Assembly (NCBI GenBank): GCA_964016885.1
Contig: OZ024742.1
Location: 61,814,001 to 61,878,000 of the forward strand
Direction of reading: 5' to 3'
DNA length: 64,000 bases
Source of the DNA: Eledone cirrhosa
Taxonomy: Eukaryota
In this document: in pieces, positions 11,010-22,634 of the stretch
How positions within the stretch are numbered: position 1 is the stretch's first letter
Layout of the letters: each line of letters opens with the position of its first letter
Position numbers and translations under genes: made by a program
The notes under the pieces: model-generated
Told to the model about the DNA's origin: nothing
Seen by the model: the letters and a program-made list of their open reading frames with translations, nothing else
Databases searched by the model: none

Positions 11010-14000
11010 TAATGCCACACAAGGGCCAAGTGGGATGGCGGATCCACAGATGGCTATGTAAACATACATTCGCCAATCCTCGATAAGAGTGTTTAAATAT
11101 CGAACATAAACAGTTCGAATAACGGTGAAATGGAGACTAGAACGTCATGTGACAGACTCTCACCCAACAGGTGCCCCCTGGCTCAGCAGCAGGAACCTGA
11201 CTGTCAACGAAATACTGCTGATGTTGGAGGAAGAAGAAGAAGGAAAGGGGCCAGAACCAACTGGACGAAAGAATTGAATAGAACTGTTATGCAATGCTAC
11301 CTGAAAAGTAACCCCAAGGAGAGGGGCTACAGGAGACGGATGCATAACATCTGGAACGAGATTGGTTTATTTAAATTAGATGAACAAAAATTGGCCGGGC
11401 AGGCTCGGGTAATAAGAACTAATGGGTGGATAAGCGAGCTGGAACTGGAGGAACTGAGCAGAGAGAATGGCTTGGAGATGGCGGGTGTAGTATGCCAGAC
11501 AAGCGAGCCGGCGGGAAATGAAGGTGAGGAGGTCCTGAGAGCGGAGGAACCACCCGAAGCAGACAATGATCTGAATACTGAGATAAATAATACCTGGAAC
11601 AGAGATACGGCCACTGAGGAGATGAATGCTGACGGGCTAGGACAAGATTCGGTTGACATCCTAAATTTAGTGGTAGATGAGTTGAACAATGATAGTGGGA
11701 GACCTATGAACCTAAGATTTGTAGACAGGAAAAAGTTAAAAGAAACAACAGCTAAGGTAAACAAAGTCATCCCATACCTTGAGGCGAGGAGTCTTCACCA
11801 GTGCAACAATATCCTCAAAGCAACAGCAAATACGGTGAGGAAACTACTTGGTATAAAAGCGAGAGGAAACAACAGACAAGAAAGAGCAGAGCCGTGGTGG
11901 AAGAAGCGACTGAGTGGGCAAATCGGGGAAATGAGAAATGACATAGGAAAGCTTGAGTCACTACTGAATGGGACACTAAAAAACATAGGCACTAAAAATA
12001 GACTGGAAATAAAATACAAAACTAGGAGTAAAAAGCTAAATATTATCATAGAGGAATTGAAGCAACGCATTGTAGCAAAGAGTGCCAAAATCAGGCGATA
12101 CGAGAACAGAGTCAGTCAGTATAAACAGAACCGCATGTTCGACAACAACCAGAAGATGCTGTTTGGACAGCTTGAGGGGAAAGAAAGAGGCACCGACTTG
12201 ATCCCTGGGGCGGAACAAGCTAAAACATTCTGGAGAGGAATATGGGAGCAGGATGTTAGACACAATGCCCAGGCAGGGTGGATTGAGACAGTACAGAGGG
12301 AGATCGGTGAGCAGGCACAGCAACAGACTGATTTGAGTATCACAGTTGAAACTCTTAAGGGGCAAGCCAAAAAACTAACCAACTGGAAATCACCAGGCCC
12401 AGATGGTGTGCAGGGGTATTGGATTAAACATTTAACATCCCTCCACCCGAAGCTGACGGCCATGTTCAATGACTGCTTGGTGTCGGGTGAGGTGCCAGAG
12501 TGGTTGACAAAAGGTACCACAGTTCTGATAATGAAAGACCGAATCAAGGGTAATGATGTTACCAACTATAGACCTATCACATGTCTGCCCGTAATGTGGA
12601 AACTGTTGACGAGCATTGTGTCTGAGGAAATCTACCATCACCTCCACACAAACAACTTGTTGCCGGACGAACAGAAAGGATGCCGAAAGAAGTCACGTGG
12701 TACAAAGGACCAGTTGCTTATTGATAAGATGGTAATGGGGAATTGCAGGAGGAGACACACTGATCTTGCCATGGGATGGATAGACTACAGAAAGGCATTT
12801 GACATGGTGCCTCATTCCTGGATCACCAAAAGCCTGGAGATCTTCAGGGTGGCAGATAACATCAGAGAGTTGCTGGGCAGGAGTATGGGGTCCTGGGAGA
12901 CAGAGTTGACATCAACTGGAGTATCCTTGGGAAGCGTGAAGATCAAGAGAGGTATCTTCCAGGGAGATAGCCTGTCCCCTCTGTTGTTTGTCCTTGCCCT
13001 GATGCCCTTGACCATTATGCTGCGAAAAGTGAGAGCAGGATACAAGTTGGGAAGGGGAGAGCTTACCATCAATCACCTCCTCTTCATGGACGATCTTAAG
13101 CTCTTCGGGAAAAGTGAGAAGGAGTTGGATGTGCTTGTTGACACTGTCCGTATTTTCAGCAGTGATATATGTATGCAGTTTGGTATTGGTAAATGTGGAG
13201 TCATTGTGATGAGGAGGGGTAGGTTGAGCAGAAGTAACGGGATCCAGATACCAACAGGTGAGATGATAAAGGAAATTGACTCTGAGGAAGGATACAAGTA
13301 TTTGGGCGTTCTGGAGGCTGATGGCATAAAGAACAAAAAAATGAAGGAATTGTTAAGAACTGAATACATTCGGAGAGTAAGGAGCGTATTGAAGTCACAT
13401 CTGAACAGCAGAAATGCCATAAGCGCAGTAAATTCCCGAGCTGTGTCTATTATTAGGTACAGTGCGGGAATTCTGAGATGGAATGTTGCTGAACAAAAAG
13501 AAATGGATAGGAAGACTAGGAAGCTATTGACTATCTACAACATGTTCCACAAGAGGAGTGATGTCGATAGACTCTACCTAAGGAGATCTGAGGGTGGAAG
13601 AGGTCTTATCAGCATAGAGGACTGTGTTCAGATGGAGAAAAACAACCTATACAAATACGTGACCTATAGTAAGGAGCCAATGCTCAGAGCTGTACTGAAG
13701 GAGGGGAGAGTAGGCCAGGGGATACCCAAGGAGGAAATAACATCAAGGAGGAAGAGCAGCCTTAAGGGAAAATCCCTTCATAGTACCTTCTTTGAGAAAA
13801 CTGAATTTAGAGATCCACAGACATGGAACTGGTTGAGAAGAGGAGACCTCAAAAAGGCTACAGAAGGAATGCTAATGGCTGCGCAGGAGCAGGCCCTCAA
13901 AACGAAGTGGTTGAAGCACCATATCTACAAGGAGGAGGCTAGCCCACTGTGCAGGATCTGTGGAGAGAGAGAGGAGACTGTGGCTCACATTGTGTCCGAG

Positions 14001-14629
14001 TGTAAACACCTAGCCCAGACCCACTATAAGGGCTGGAGACACGATGTGATGGGCAGGGTGATCCACTGGCACCTGTGCAAAGTAAACAATCTACCACATT
14101 CTGAGAAATGGTATGAGCATAGGCCAGAGGCGGTGATGGAGAACAGTCAGGTGAAGGTGCTGTGGGATTTTAGGATACAGACGGACAAAAAACTGGAACA
14201 CAATAGACCTGACCTGGTGGTTGTGGACAAAGAAAAAAGATCGTGCCTGATTGTGGATGTGGCCTGCCCGTTCGACACGAGAGTGCAAGAGAAGGAGAGG
14301 GAGAAAATTAACCGATACCAGGACCTAAAGTGGGAGGTGAAAAGGATTTGGAACTGCCATGAAGTCAAAGTGATCCCGATTGTCATAGGCGCACTGGGGA
14401 CTATCTCCAAAGGTTTCCAGGGATGGTTAAAGAAAATCGGCCCCTTCACGCTTTTTGGAACGCTTCAAAAGGCATGCTTGCTTGGAACGGCAAGAACCCT
14501 CCGATACGTCCTGAATATCTGAGGCTGCAGGTAGTGGCTTGATATTCAATCCAACGGACTTTCCAGTTAACCAACATCAATGACTGAGATTCAAGGAATA
14601 ACAATAACAATAATAATAATAATAATAAT
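11010..14629 (+). mobile_element. Apparently full-length Dong-like element with short 3' UTR and (TAA)n tail
   Basis: The ORF above is followed by a ~75 nt 3' UTR and AATAACAATAACAATAATAAT... Dong elements are known to target (TAA)n. The 5' boundary is uncertain. Confidence 0.85.
11130..14522 (+). CDS. Intact single ORF of an R4/Dong-clade non-LTR retrotransposon (RT + CCHC + restriction-like endonuclease)
   Basis: Uninterrupted 1130 aa. It has the R4-type N-terminus WTKELNRTVMQCY..RGYRRRM, RT motifs KSPGPDG, NYRPITCL, DYRKAFD, GIFQGDSLSP and FMDD, then CRIC..ETVAHIVSEC, RHD and the RLE motif RPDLV..D..IVDVACP..EKINRY. Confidence 0.95.
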   Translation: METRTSCDRLSPNRCPLAQQQEPDCQRNTADVGGRRRRKGARTNWTKELNRTVMQCYLKSNPKERGYRRRMHNIWNEIGLFKLDEQKLAGQARVIRTNGWISELELEELSRENGLEMAGVVCQTSEPAGNEGEEVLRAEEPPEADNDLNTEINNTWNRDTATEEMNADGLGQDSVDILNLVVDELNNDSGRPMNLRFVDRKKLKETTAKVNKVIPYLEARSLHQCNNILKATANTVRKLLGIKARGNNRQERAEPWWKKRLSGQIGEMRNDIGKLESLLNGTLKNIGTKNRLEIKYKTRSKKLNIIIEELKQRIVAKSAKIRRYENRVSQYKQNRMFDNNQKMLFGQLEGKERGTDLIPGAEQAKTFWRGIWEQDVRHNAQAGWIETVQREIGEQAQQQTDLSITVETLKGQAKKLTNWKSPGPDGVQGYWIKHLTSLHPKLTAMFNDCLVSGEVPEWLTKGTTVLIMKDRIKGNDVTNYRPITCLPVMWKLLTSIVSEEIYHHLHTNNLLPDEQKGCRKKSRGTKDQLLIDKMVMGNCRRRHTDLAMGWIDYRKAFDMVPHSWITKSLEIFRVADNIRELLGRSMGSWETELTSTGVSLGSVKIKRGIFQGDSLSPLLFVLALMPLTIMLRKVRAGYKLGRGELTINHLLFMDDLKLFGKSEKELDVLVDTVRIFSSDICMQFGIGKCGVIVMRRGRLSRSNGIQIPTGEMIKEIDSEEGYKYLGVLEADGIKNKKMKELLRTEYIRRVRSVLKSHLNSRNAISAVNSRAVSIIRYSAGILRWNVAEQKEMDRKTRKLLTIYNMFHKRSDVDRLYLRRSEGGRGLISIEDCVQMEKNNLYKYVTYSKEPMLRAVLKEGRVGQGIPKEEITSRRKSSLKGKSLHSTFFEKTEFRDPQTWNWLRRGDLKKATEGMLMAAQEQALKTKWLKHHIYKEEASPLCRICGEREETVAHIVSECKHLAQTHYKGWRHDVMGRVIHWHLCKVNNLPHSEKWYEHRPEAVMENSQVKVLWDFRIQTDKKLEHNRPDLVVVDKEKRSCLIVDVACPFDTRVQEKEREKINRYQDLKWEVKRIWNCHEVKVIPIVIGALGTISKGFQGWLKKIGPFTLFGTLQKACLLGTARTLRYVLNI

Positions 14630-14881
14630 GTTTTCTTTATTAACCACAAGGGACAGTACAGGACAATACAGGACAGTACAAATGGGCATTTCTGCGTGTA
14701 AAAAAAAAACAGAGGATGTAATAAAAATAACAATGAAAAATTCCCCAATATGGGGGAGACTTCCTAGGGACATTTGTGGAGAAAGCCCATTAAAAGACCA
14801 CAGTGACCCTGACCACCAGGGCAAGTGCCCTCTCCCAGTTTTCCACCTTTAATTTACAGACACATACTCAGAGTAGGTCCA
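14630..14881 (-). mobile_element. 5'-truncated Tx1-like LINE, mainly 3' UTR
   Basis: Homologous to 14896-15165. The minus-strand end is CCCTTGTGGTTAATAAAGAAAAC-(ATT)n. Confidence 0.85.
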
Positions 14882-14895
14882 TTAATAATAATATT

Positions 14896-17800
14896 GCTTT
14901 CTTTATTAACCACAAGGGTTGACACAAAGTATAACATTAAGGACAACACAGGACAATACAAATGGGCATTTCTGCGTGTAAAAAAAAAAAAAACAGAGTG
15001 TGACAAAAGGAAACAGTGAAAAATACCCAATATGGGGGGAGACCTCCGAGGGTTGCTCGTGGTGAAAGCCACAAGAAAAGCCACGGTTACCCTGACCTCT
15101 AGGGCAAGTGGTCTCTTCTAGTTTTCCTCCTACAATGCTACAGGCACAGGCTCAGAGTAGACCCATTCACACGGGCCATTCTTGCCTCTCTCTCCTTCCT
15201 TTCAACAAACTGGCTGGAGGTCAGCACTTCCCTCTCCACCCTGATTTTCCTCTTCAGGTGAAACCTAAAAAAGTTAATGAGGGCGTCACCGAAGAGCAAA
15301 GTACCGGTCCTCAACCCTTTCAGATGTGTCCACCATACAATCTCTTTTACCATGGCCACCAGGCAGATAAAAACTGCCTGCCCTTCTCGGCTAAAGGAAG
15401 TCGGCGGGGCAATCTTCACGATGGACTCAGCTGATAACCGGATCCGTTCTACATGTGACAGCAGGTGTTCGGCATAAACCCACAAATCAGCAATGCTCGG
15501 ACACTGGACGAGTGCGTGCAGGACAGTTTCATCGCCCAGTGCGCATCTCGGACAGGCTCGGCTGACGCACTTCCATTCCTGTAGAGTTTATCCCGAACTG
15601 GCAAGGTTCCTCTGTAGCACTGCCAGGCCAGGGATTGCTGGAAGTTCTCCATGGGCCCCGGCCCGAAAGTTCTCCCGAAGAGATTGGCTAGTTGATTTTC
15701 ATCGACGCCTAGAGTCTCCCCAAGGACGTCGTTGCTCTTTCCTTCCACTAATCCTCTATAGAAATCCAAGGTGGAGTTTCCAGCGATTGTATTGCTCGAC
15801 TGGTCGAGGGCTCTGAGCGCCTGAAGACATTCTAGTCTCCAAGCGCTTCATCTCGGTCTTCGCTTCACCCAGGACTGCAGCTCCGCCAAGGAGACAAGCT
15901 GGGAAAACATGTGTATAGCAAAGGGCGACCACACCTTATCACCGTCGAGGAAGAGGTGGAGATGCCGTAGCCTGAGCGCATGTCTGCGCATCATCAGCCA
16001 CGGCATGCCCAGCCCTCCGCGTAGCGGGTGTTGACAGCAGATGGACCGCCTGACCATCGGAGCACGAAAGAGCAAACGCTCCCGTGCAGTCAGGCGAGGC
16101 TTAGGACAAGTCACGACGGTCAGGAGGTAGTAGATGACGGACGCGATGTACGCATTCACCACCTCCGCTCGACCTCTCCGCCCATTTCTGGGTGAGAGAC
16201 GCCACCCTGCTCGTCACCTCCTCCCAGTTTTTGTCCGTCTGGAGGTCCGGACCGAACCAGACCCCTACCAATTTAACCGGTCCATCCGTTCAGCGCCCGA
16301 TGACGCCGTTCAGGTGCCGAGTTGCAGGCCTACTGATTTTTCCTGGTTGATCATTGCTCCTGTCACTACCTCGTATCCTCCAATTGCCTCGATGTGTTTG
16401 GTGTTCGACATCACTACGGTGATGTCGTCTGCATAAGCTGACACTATTCTTCCGCATCATAGTTCGCGTGGGATCCCCCTCAATGTCTCCAGTTTGTGCA
16501 GTAATGGCTCAAGAGTCAATACGTACAACAAGGATGAGAGAGGATATCCCTGGCGGATCGAGCGCATTATGTTGAACGGTTCCGAAAGGTGACCGTTCGC
16601 TCTCACCACAGAGCAGATGTCGCTGTGCATGGCAGCAATCCAGCCTCTGAAGACAGGCCCAAAGCCAGCTGCTCTTAGAACTGCTGCCAGATAACGATGA
16701 TCGACCCTATCGAAAGCTTTTGACTGATCTAAATTGATCAAAGACCCACCCATGCCAGGTTCCCTAGATACCCTCTCTACGATGTATCGCATGAGGTGGA
16801 GGTTTTCGTGGATGGATCTGTCTGGAATGGCGTATGTCTGCGCCTCTCCCACCAGACCACCAGCGACAAGCGCTGACCTCTTTGCTAGCACCTTAGCCAA
16901 AATCTTGAAGTCTGTGTTTAGCAGAGTTATGGGCTTGAAATTTTCTATGTTATCCCCCTTGCTCGGATCCTTTCTCAGCAGCGCCACCGCTCCTCGGCTC
17001 ACAGAGCTGGGAATTCTCCCGTTCTGCTGCCAGTTGCAGTAGACGTCCGCCAAGAGGTCTTCGAACAAGTCTGGCATATGTATGTAAAATTCGTAGGGCA
17101 GACCATCCAAACCAGGCGATTTACCCATTGTGCAGCTAGTCATTGCCTCCCGTACTTCAGCAGCTGTTATCGGCCTTTCGCAACCCTCCGCCTCAGTGGC
17201 CAACAGCCGCGGCAGTCCGTCGAGGTAGGCACTGAAGTCCATCCCACGATGCGGCTCGCCATTGCCCCCTGAACAGCTGAGCAAAGTGCCGCTGAAAAGC
17301 CGCACACATCTGCCCGGGATCGAGTATCATGTGCCCGTCGTGGTTCGCCAAAGACCGGATCGTAGCTTTGTTGCCACGATGCGCCTCCGCCACCCGGGCC
17401 CATTGAACGGCTTTTGTCCCCTCGTGTCTGAGAGCACGCACCCTAGCTCTGACAACGCAGCCTTCGTGCTTAGCGTTGAAAAATTGGTCGAGAGCCAATT
17501 TTGCCGCAAGCACGTCGGTCGCGATGCCTTTACTAAGCGCCTCGTCTAATTTCTTAACTCGATGTCCTTATGATTTCGTCACTGTGGAGTGGTGCAATGG
17601 AGTGTGCTCTGGCTTCTTCTGGTGTAGCGAAGAGCACATCCACAGTGCCATATCTCGACCCCCGGGCTACGTATCTTTTCTGTGCCCAGACGATGCCCAT
17701 AGCTCTTTGGACCTGTGACTCCGTTGCCCGTTCAACTCGCCGCGATTTTGATCCGATCGTGCGATAACTGACCGAACACAAAAGCTTGTTTCTTATTATC

Positions 17801-18109
17801 TCAAATGGGTGGGTGAGACTTACCCTGTGTCCGGTCTTTTTAACCAAGACCGTTGCTTGTTTTATTTCTCTGTTAGTGATGTATTCTTGTTCAAAATTGT
17901 TTGTCGCTTTAGCGAAAGACGTGTTTGTTTTGATTTGTGTTGACTCATCACTAGTTTTGTCTTTGTTGCCGTCGTTGGTGTTTTTATTTTTTGTTTTTTT
18001 CCTCTGTGTTGTTGTTCTTTGAGTTCTTTATGGCTGTTGCTGTTGTTATTGTTGTTATTGGGGTGGTGGTGGTGGTGTTTGATTGTTCTAACATAGAGAG
18101 GTTTTCGTT

Positions 18110-18110
<1 letters not shown>
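14896..18110 (-). mobile_element. Degenerate Tx1/L1-clade LINE: ORF1 N-terminus fused by internal deletion to the ORF2 RT and C-terminus
   Basis: ORF2 pieces are KSPGLDGLPYEFY, DQSKAFDRVDH, RQGYPLS, AYADD and GGLGMP. The ORF1 piece at 17570-18094 is homologous to 60552-61400. The APE domain is missing. (TAA)n lies on both sides. Confidence 0.9.
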
Positions 18111-18170
<60 letters not shown>

Positions 18171-18173
<3 letters not shown>

Positions 18174-20457
18174 CCATCATGGCTAGTTAACGGCATTACA
18201 TTCCTGCTTCCGAAGAATGATGAGACAAACAATCCCAAAAATTACAGACCGATAACTTGCTTGACCACAACGTATAAAATTTTAACATCAGTCCTAACTG
18301 AATATACATATGACCACCTGATAACAAATGACCTATTTCCCATTGAGCAGAAAGGGTGTAAACGAGGCTCATATGGCTGTAAGGATCAGCTTTTGGTTAA
18401 CAAAATGATACTGGAAGATTGTCATAATAGACACAAAAATCTATCAATTGCTTGGATAGATTATAAAAAAGCATTCGATAGTTTGCCACACAGTTGGATT
18501 GAAAAATGTTTAGAGATTTTCAAAATATCCCCCGTTGTCAGGAGGTGTGTGTCATTCAGTATGAAGACATGGAAAACGACACTCCTTTTGAATAGTGAAA
18601 CAAAATCACTGGAAGCTGGAGAAGTTAATATTAATTGTGGAATTTTTCAGGGTGACTCTTTATCACCGCTTTTATTCTGCATCGCACTTATACCATTAAG
18701 TAAAATGCTCAATGAAACAAAACATGTATATAAAGTCTATAACAAAACCATTAATCACTTGTTCTACATGGATGACCTGAAACTATTTGCAAAAAATTAT
18801 GAACAATTGCAAGGGCTATTATCCACTGTGGAGCAGTTCAGTGATGACATTAAAATGGAGTTTGGACTAGATAAATGCGCCAAAGCAACGTTCACCAGAG
18901 GAAAGCTGCTGAAGAGTTCGGACATTAACCTTGATCGGGGGAATGTGATAAGAGAACTTGATCAAGAAAAAACTTACAAATATCTAGGTGTTTGTGAAGG
19001 AGACGGAATCAAGCACTCGACAATGAGGGAAAGGATAAGGAAGGAATGTTACCGCAGAGTAAGAGCAATCTTAAGAACGGAATTGAATGCAAGGAATAGG
19101 ATCGATGCCATAAACACGCTTGCCATACCAGTAGAAACTTACAGTTACAATGTCATCAACTGGTCAAGCACAGAGATCCGTAGGCTCGATACAAAAATTC
19201 GAAAATTCTTAACCATGCACAGAATGCATCACCCTAAGGCAGATACAGATAGAATATATCTCCCTAGGAAAGAAGGAGGACGTGGGTTAATCCAGTTAGA
19301 CATTGCGTTGAAAACTGCAACAATTGGATTATCTACATATCTAAGGGAATCACATGATTGGATGATCAAACTCGTTTTGAAACACGAAAGCATCAAAAGA
19401 TCATACTCCATTACAAAAGATGCACAAAGATACAGTAATGGACTACAAATTTCAGAAGTCCCATTTACTGCTGAAATGGAAAACACAGAAAAAGCAAAGC
19501 AGGTAAAAGTAACTGCAAAGAAAGAACTGCTACAGAAACTGGCTAAGAAATGGCAAGAAAAGCCTCTGTATGGAAAATACCCAGAACGAGCTAACAATCC
19601 TGATGTTGACAAAACTTTAACCCATCAGTGGTTGGCATCCTCTGGACTGAAATCGGAGACTGAAGGACTGATTATATCAGCACAAGATCAGTGTCTGCCA
19701 ACAAAAAATTACCAAGCCAACATAATAAAAAATGGATGCAGCCCATTATGCCGTGTATGCAAAAAACAACCAGAGACCATTGACCATATAATTTCAATGT
19801 GCAGTCCTATAGCTCCAACCGAATACCTAAACAGGCATGACAGAGCTGCACAATACATACATTGGATAATGTGTAAGCTTTTGACCTGCCCCATCAAAAG
19901 AATTGGTGGGAGCATCAACCACCTCCCATACTTGAAAAAGATCACATCTCAATCTTGTGGAACTTTAGCATCCAAACAGACCGAAAAATAGATGCAAATA
20001 GACCTGATATAATATTGAAGGACTTTAAAAAGAGGGTATGCCTGCTAATTGATATGTCCGTTCCAATAGACAAGAATGTATCTATAAAAACATTTGAAAA
20101 ATTGAGCAAGTATAAGTACCTGGAGATAGAAATTGGAAAAATGTGGAAATTGAGAACTAAAACAATACCAGTGGTTGTAGGCGCTCTGGGAATGATACCT
20201 AAGGGGTCTAATGATTACTTATCGCAAATCCCAGGAAACCCGCGTATAGGAGAAATACAAAAGATAGTACTAATGGGAACTGCCCATATACTAAGGAAGA
20301 TTCTGTCAATATAAGTACATCACAAGTCTAAACACTAAAGATGCATGTGTGAGTATGTATGTTCTTTCTTGAACATGGCGGACCTTGTTCTCTCTTGAGG
20401 TCACTGGTTGTGACTTGGTGATAACTCGTATGAACATAAAGCAAGATAAATGCAACT

Positions 20458-20458
<1 letters not shown>
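18171..20458 (+). mobile_element. 5'-truncated second R4/Dong-family element with one frameshift
   Basis: Begins IPSWLVNGITFLLPK..NYRPITCL directly after (TAA)n. It contains YMDD, CRVC..ETIDHIISMC, RHD and RPDII, in ORFs 18261-19991 and 19955-20314. The (TAA)n tail is at 20459-20519. Confidence 0.92.
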
Positions 20459-20519
<61 letters not shown>

Positions 20520-20520
<1 letters not shown>

Positions 20521-20648
20521 CTTTCTTTATTAACCACAAGGGTTTACATAAAGTAGACATTAAGGACAGTACAAGACAATACAGGACGGTACAAATGGGC
20601 ATTTCTGCGTGTAAAAGATAACAGAGGATGTAATAAAAAATAACAATG
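20520..20648 (-). mobile_element. Tx1-like LINE 3' tip
   Basis: Near-copy of 14630-14735, between (TAA)n runs. Confidence 0.85.
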
Positions 20649-20657
20649 ATAATAATA

Positions 20658-21659
20658 ATGAATGCTGACAGGCTAGTACAAGATTTGGTTTATATCCTGA
20701 ACTTAGTGGTAGATGAAATGAACAATGATAGTGGAAAATCTATGAACCTAAGATTTGTAGACAGGAAAAGGTTAAAAGAAACAACTTAGGTAAACAAAGT
20801 CATCCCATACCTTGAAGCGAGGAACCTTCACCAATGTAACAATATCCTCAAAGCAACCGCAAGTGCGGTAAGGAAATTACTTGGCATAAAAGCGAGAGGA
20901 AACAACAAACAAGAAAGATCAGGACCTTGGTGGAAGAAACGACTGAATGGTCAAATCAGGGAAATGAGAAATGACATTGGAAAGCTTGAGTCCTTACTGA
21001 ATGGGACATTACAAAACATAGACACTAAAGATAGATTGGAAATAAAATACAAAACTAGGGGGAAAAGCTAAATATTATCATAGAGGAACTGAAGCAACGC
21101 ATTGTAGCAAAATGGGCAAAGATTAGGCGGTATGAGAACAGAGTCAGTCAGTATAGACAGAACCGCATGTTTGACAACAACCAGAAGATGTTGTTTGGAC
21201 AGCTTGAAGGGAAAGAAAGAGGCAACGACGTGATCCCTGAGGCGGAACAGACTAAGACATTCTGGAGAGGAATATGGGAGCAGGATGTTGAGCATGATAG
21301 TCAGGTAGTGTGGATTGAGACAGTACAAAAGGAGATTAGTGAACAGGCACACCAACAACCTGATTTGAGTATCACAGTTGAAACTCTTAAAGGGTAGGCC
21401 AAAAGACTAACCAACTGGAAATCACAAGGCCCAGATGATGTGCAAGGGTATTGGATTAAAAACATAACATCCCTCCACCTGAAACTGACAACCATGTTCA
21501 ATGACTGCTTGATGTCGGGTGAAGTACCAGAATGGTTGACAAAATGTACCACAGTTCTGATAATGAAAGACCGAATCAAGGGTAATGATGTTACCAACTA
21601 TAGGCCTATCAGATGTCTGTCCGTAATGTGGAAACTGTTAACAAGCATAGTGTCTGAGG
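20658..21659 (+). pseudogene. Internal fragment of the Dong-like family at 11130 (matches about 11622-12627), with stops and frameshift
   Basis: Colinear nucleotide similarity, e.g. ATGAATGCTGAC and MFDNNQKMLFGQLEGKERG. It begins in (TAA)n and is truncated at both ends. Confidence 0.9.
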
Positions 21660-21716
21660 GAATATGATGGATAGATTACAAAAACCTACTTGTATATTGC
21701 TAGATATATAAAATAT

Positions 21717-21768
<52 letters not shown>

Positions 21769-22364
21769 CAGATACATACATACACATATGTAAGTATATC
21801 GATACATATAAAAGTGTCCATGAATTATATGTCTTAATTACTTTACTGACGACGACGTTGTTTCTGACTCCTGCCGAGCCAGCCGATAGCGCTATATGCA
21901 AGTGAGGCTAATCAGCCCATGTACATAGGTGTCAAACTATATGTTTGGGCCTATATTTTGGCTTATATTAATTACTTTACTTTACCACCTCAGATAGAAC
22001 ATAAAAACCAGTAACTAATTAGTGATAAGTAGGAAAGAGAAAATAAAAAAATGCATAGATATATATACAAATAAATAAATAGAAACACACACACGCCGAT
22101 GTAGCACATACGCAGTCCAAGTACACTGTTCACAAAGAGGAGACACAGAGTAACAATTATAGTCACTGAGGTCACAAAATGTGTGACGAAACAGCTTTGG
22201 CAATCAACAAATAAACAATCATGCAGTCATTAAACTAACCGACTGGGAAATTATAATAATAAATTGAAGGGTAAAAACTGTGCGCGGTTTTGTGGGCAAC
22301 ATGACTCTCCCAAAGTAGAACAATATCTGAAAACACACGTTTTCATGTAAAAGATGTCGCAAAA

Positions 22365-22555
22365 CAAATACAGTTTTGCAGCTAGAAAGTTTCCTTCTGA
22401 GGCACATCCGGGCAAGATGTGTTGTGCACGACCAGCAGTCGCCATGCATACCAGTATCCCCTCTCCACCCCACCGAAATAAAATGTCTTGCTCAATGACA
22501 CAACACTCCGCCTGGAGTAAGTCAAACGCTCTAACCACTAAGCTACGCGCCTTCA
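22365..22555 (-). mobile_element. Internally deleted CORE-type SINE
   Basis: The minus-strand head GAAGGCGCGTAGCTTAGTGGTTAGAGCG and its tail are shared with 7015-7342. Confidence 0.65.
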
Positions 22556-22634
22556 CAGTAAATGGGTCGGGAGTTGGTAGCCTGCTACTTCTAGTGCTGA
22601 AGTTGGTTTGTTGTTTGTTAGGAAGTCGTCAACA

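Noticed and set aside
11160-14449. Minus-strand ORFs overlapping the Dong ORF
   Set aside because: They are antisense shadows with no independent motifs.
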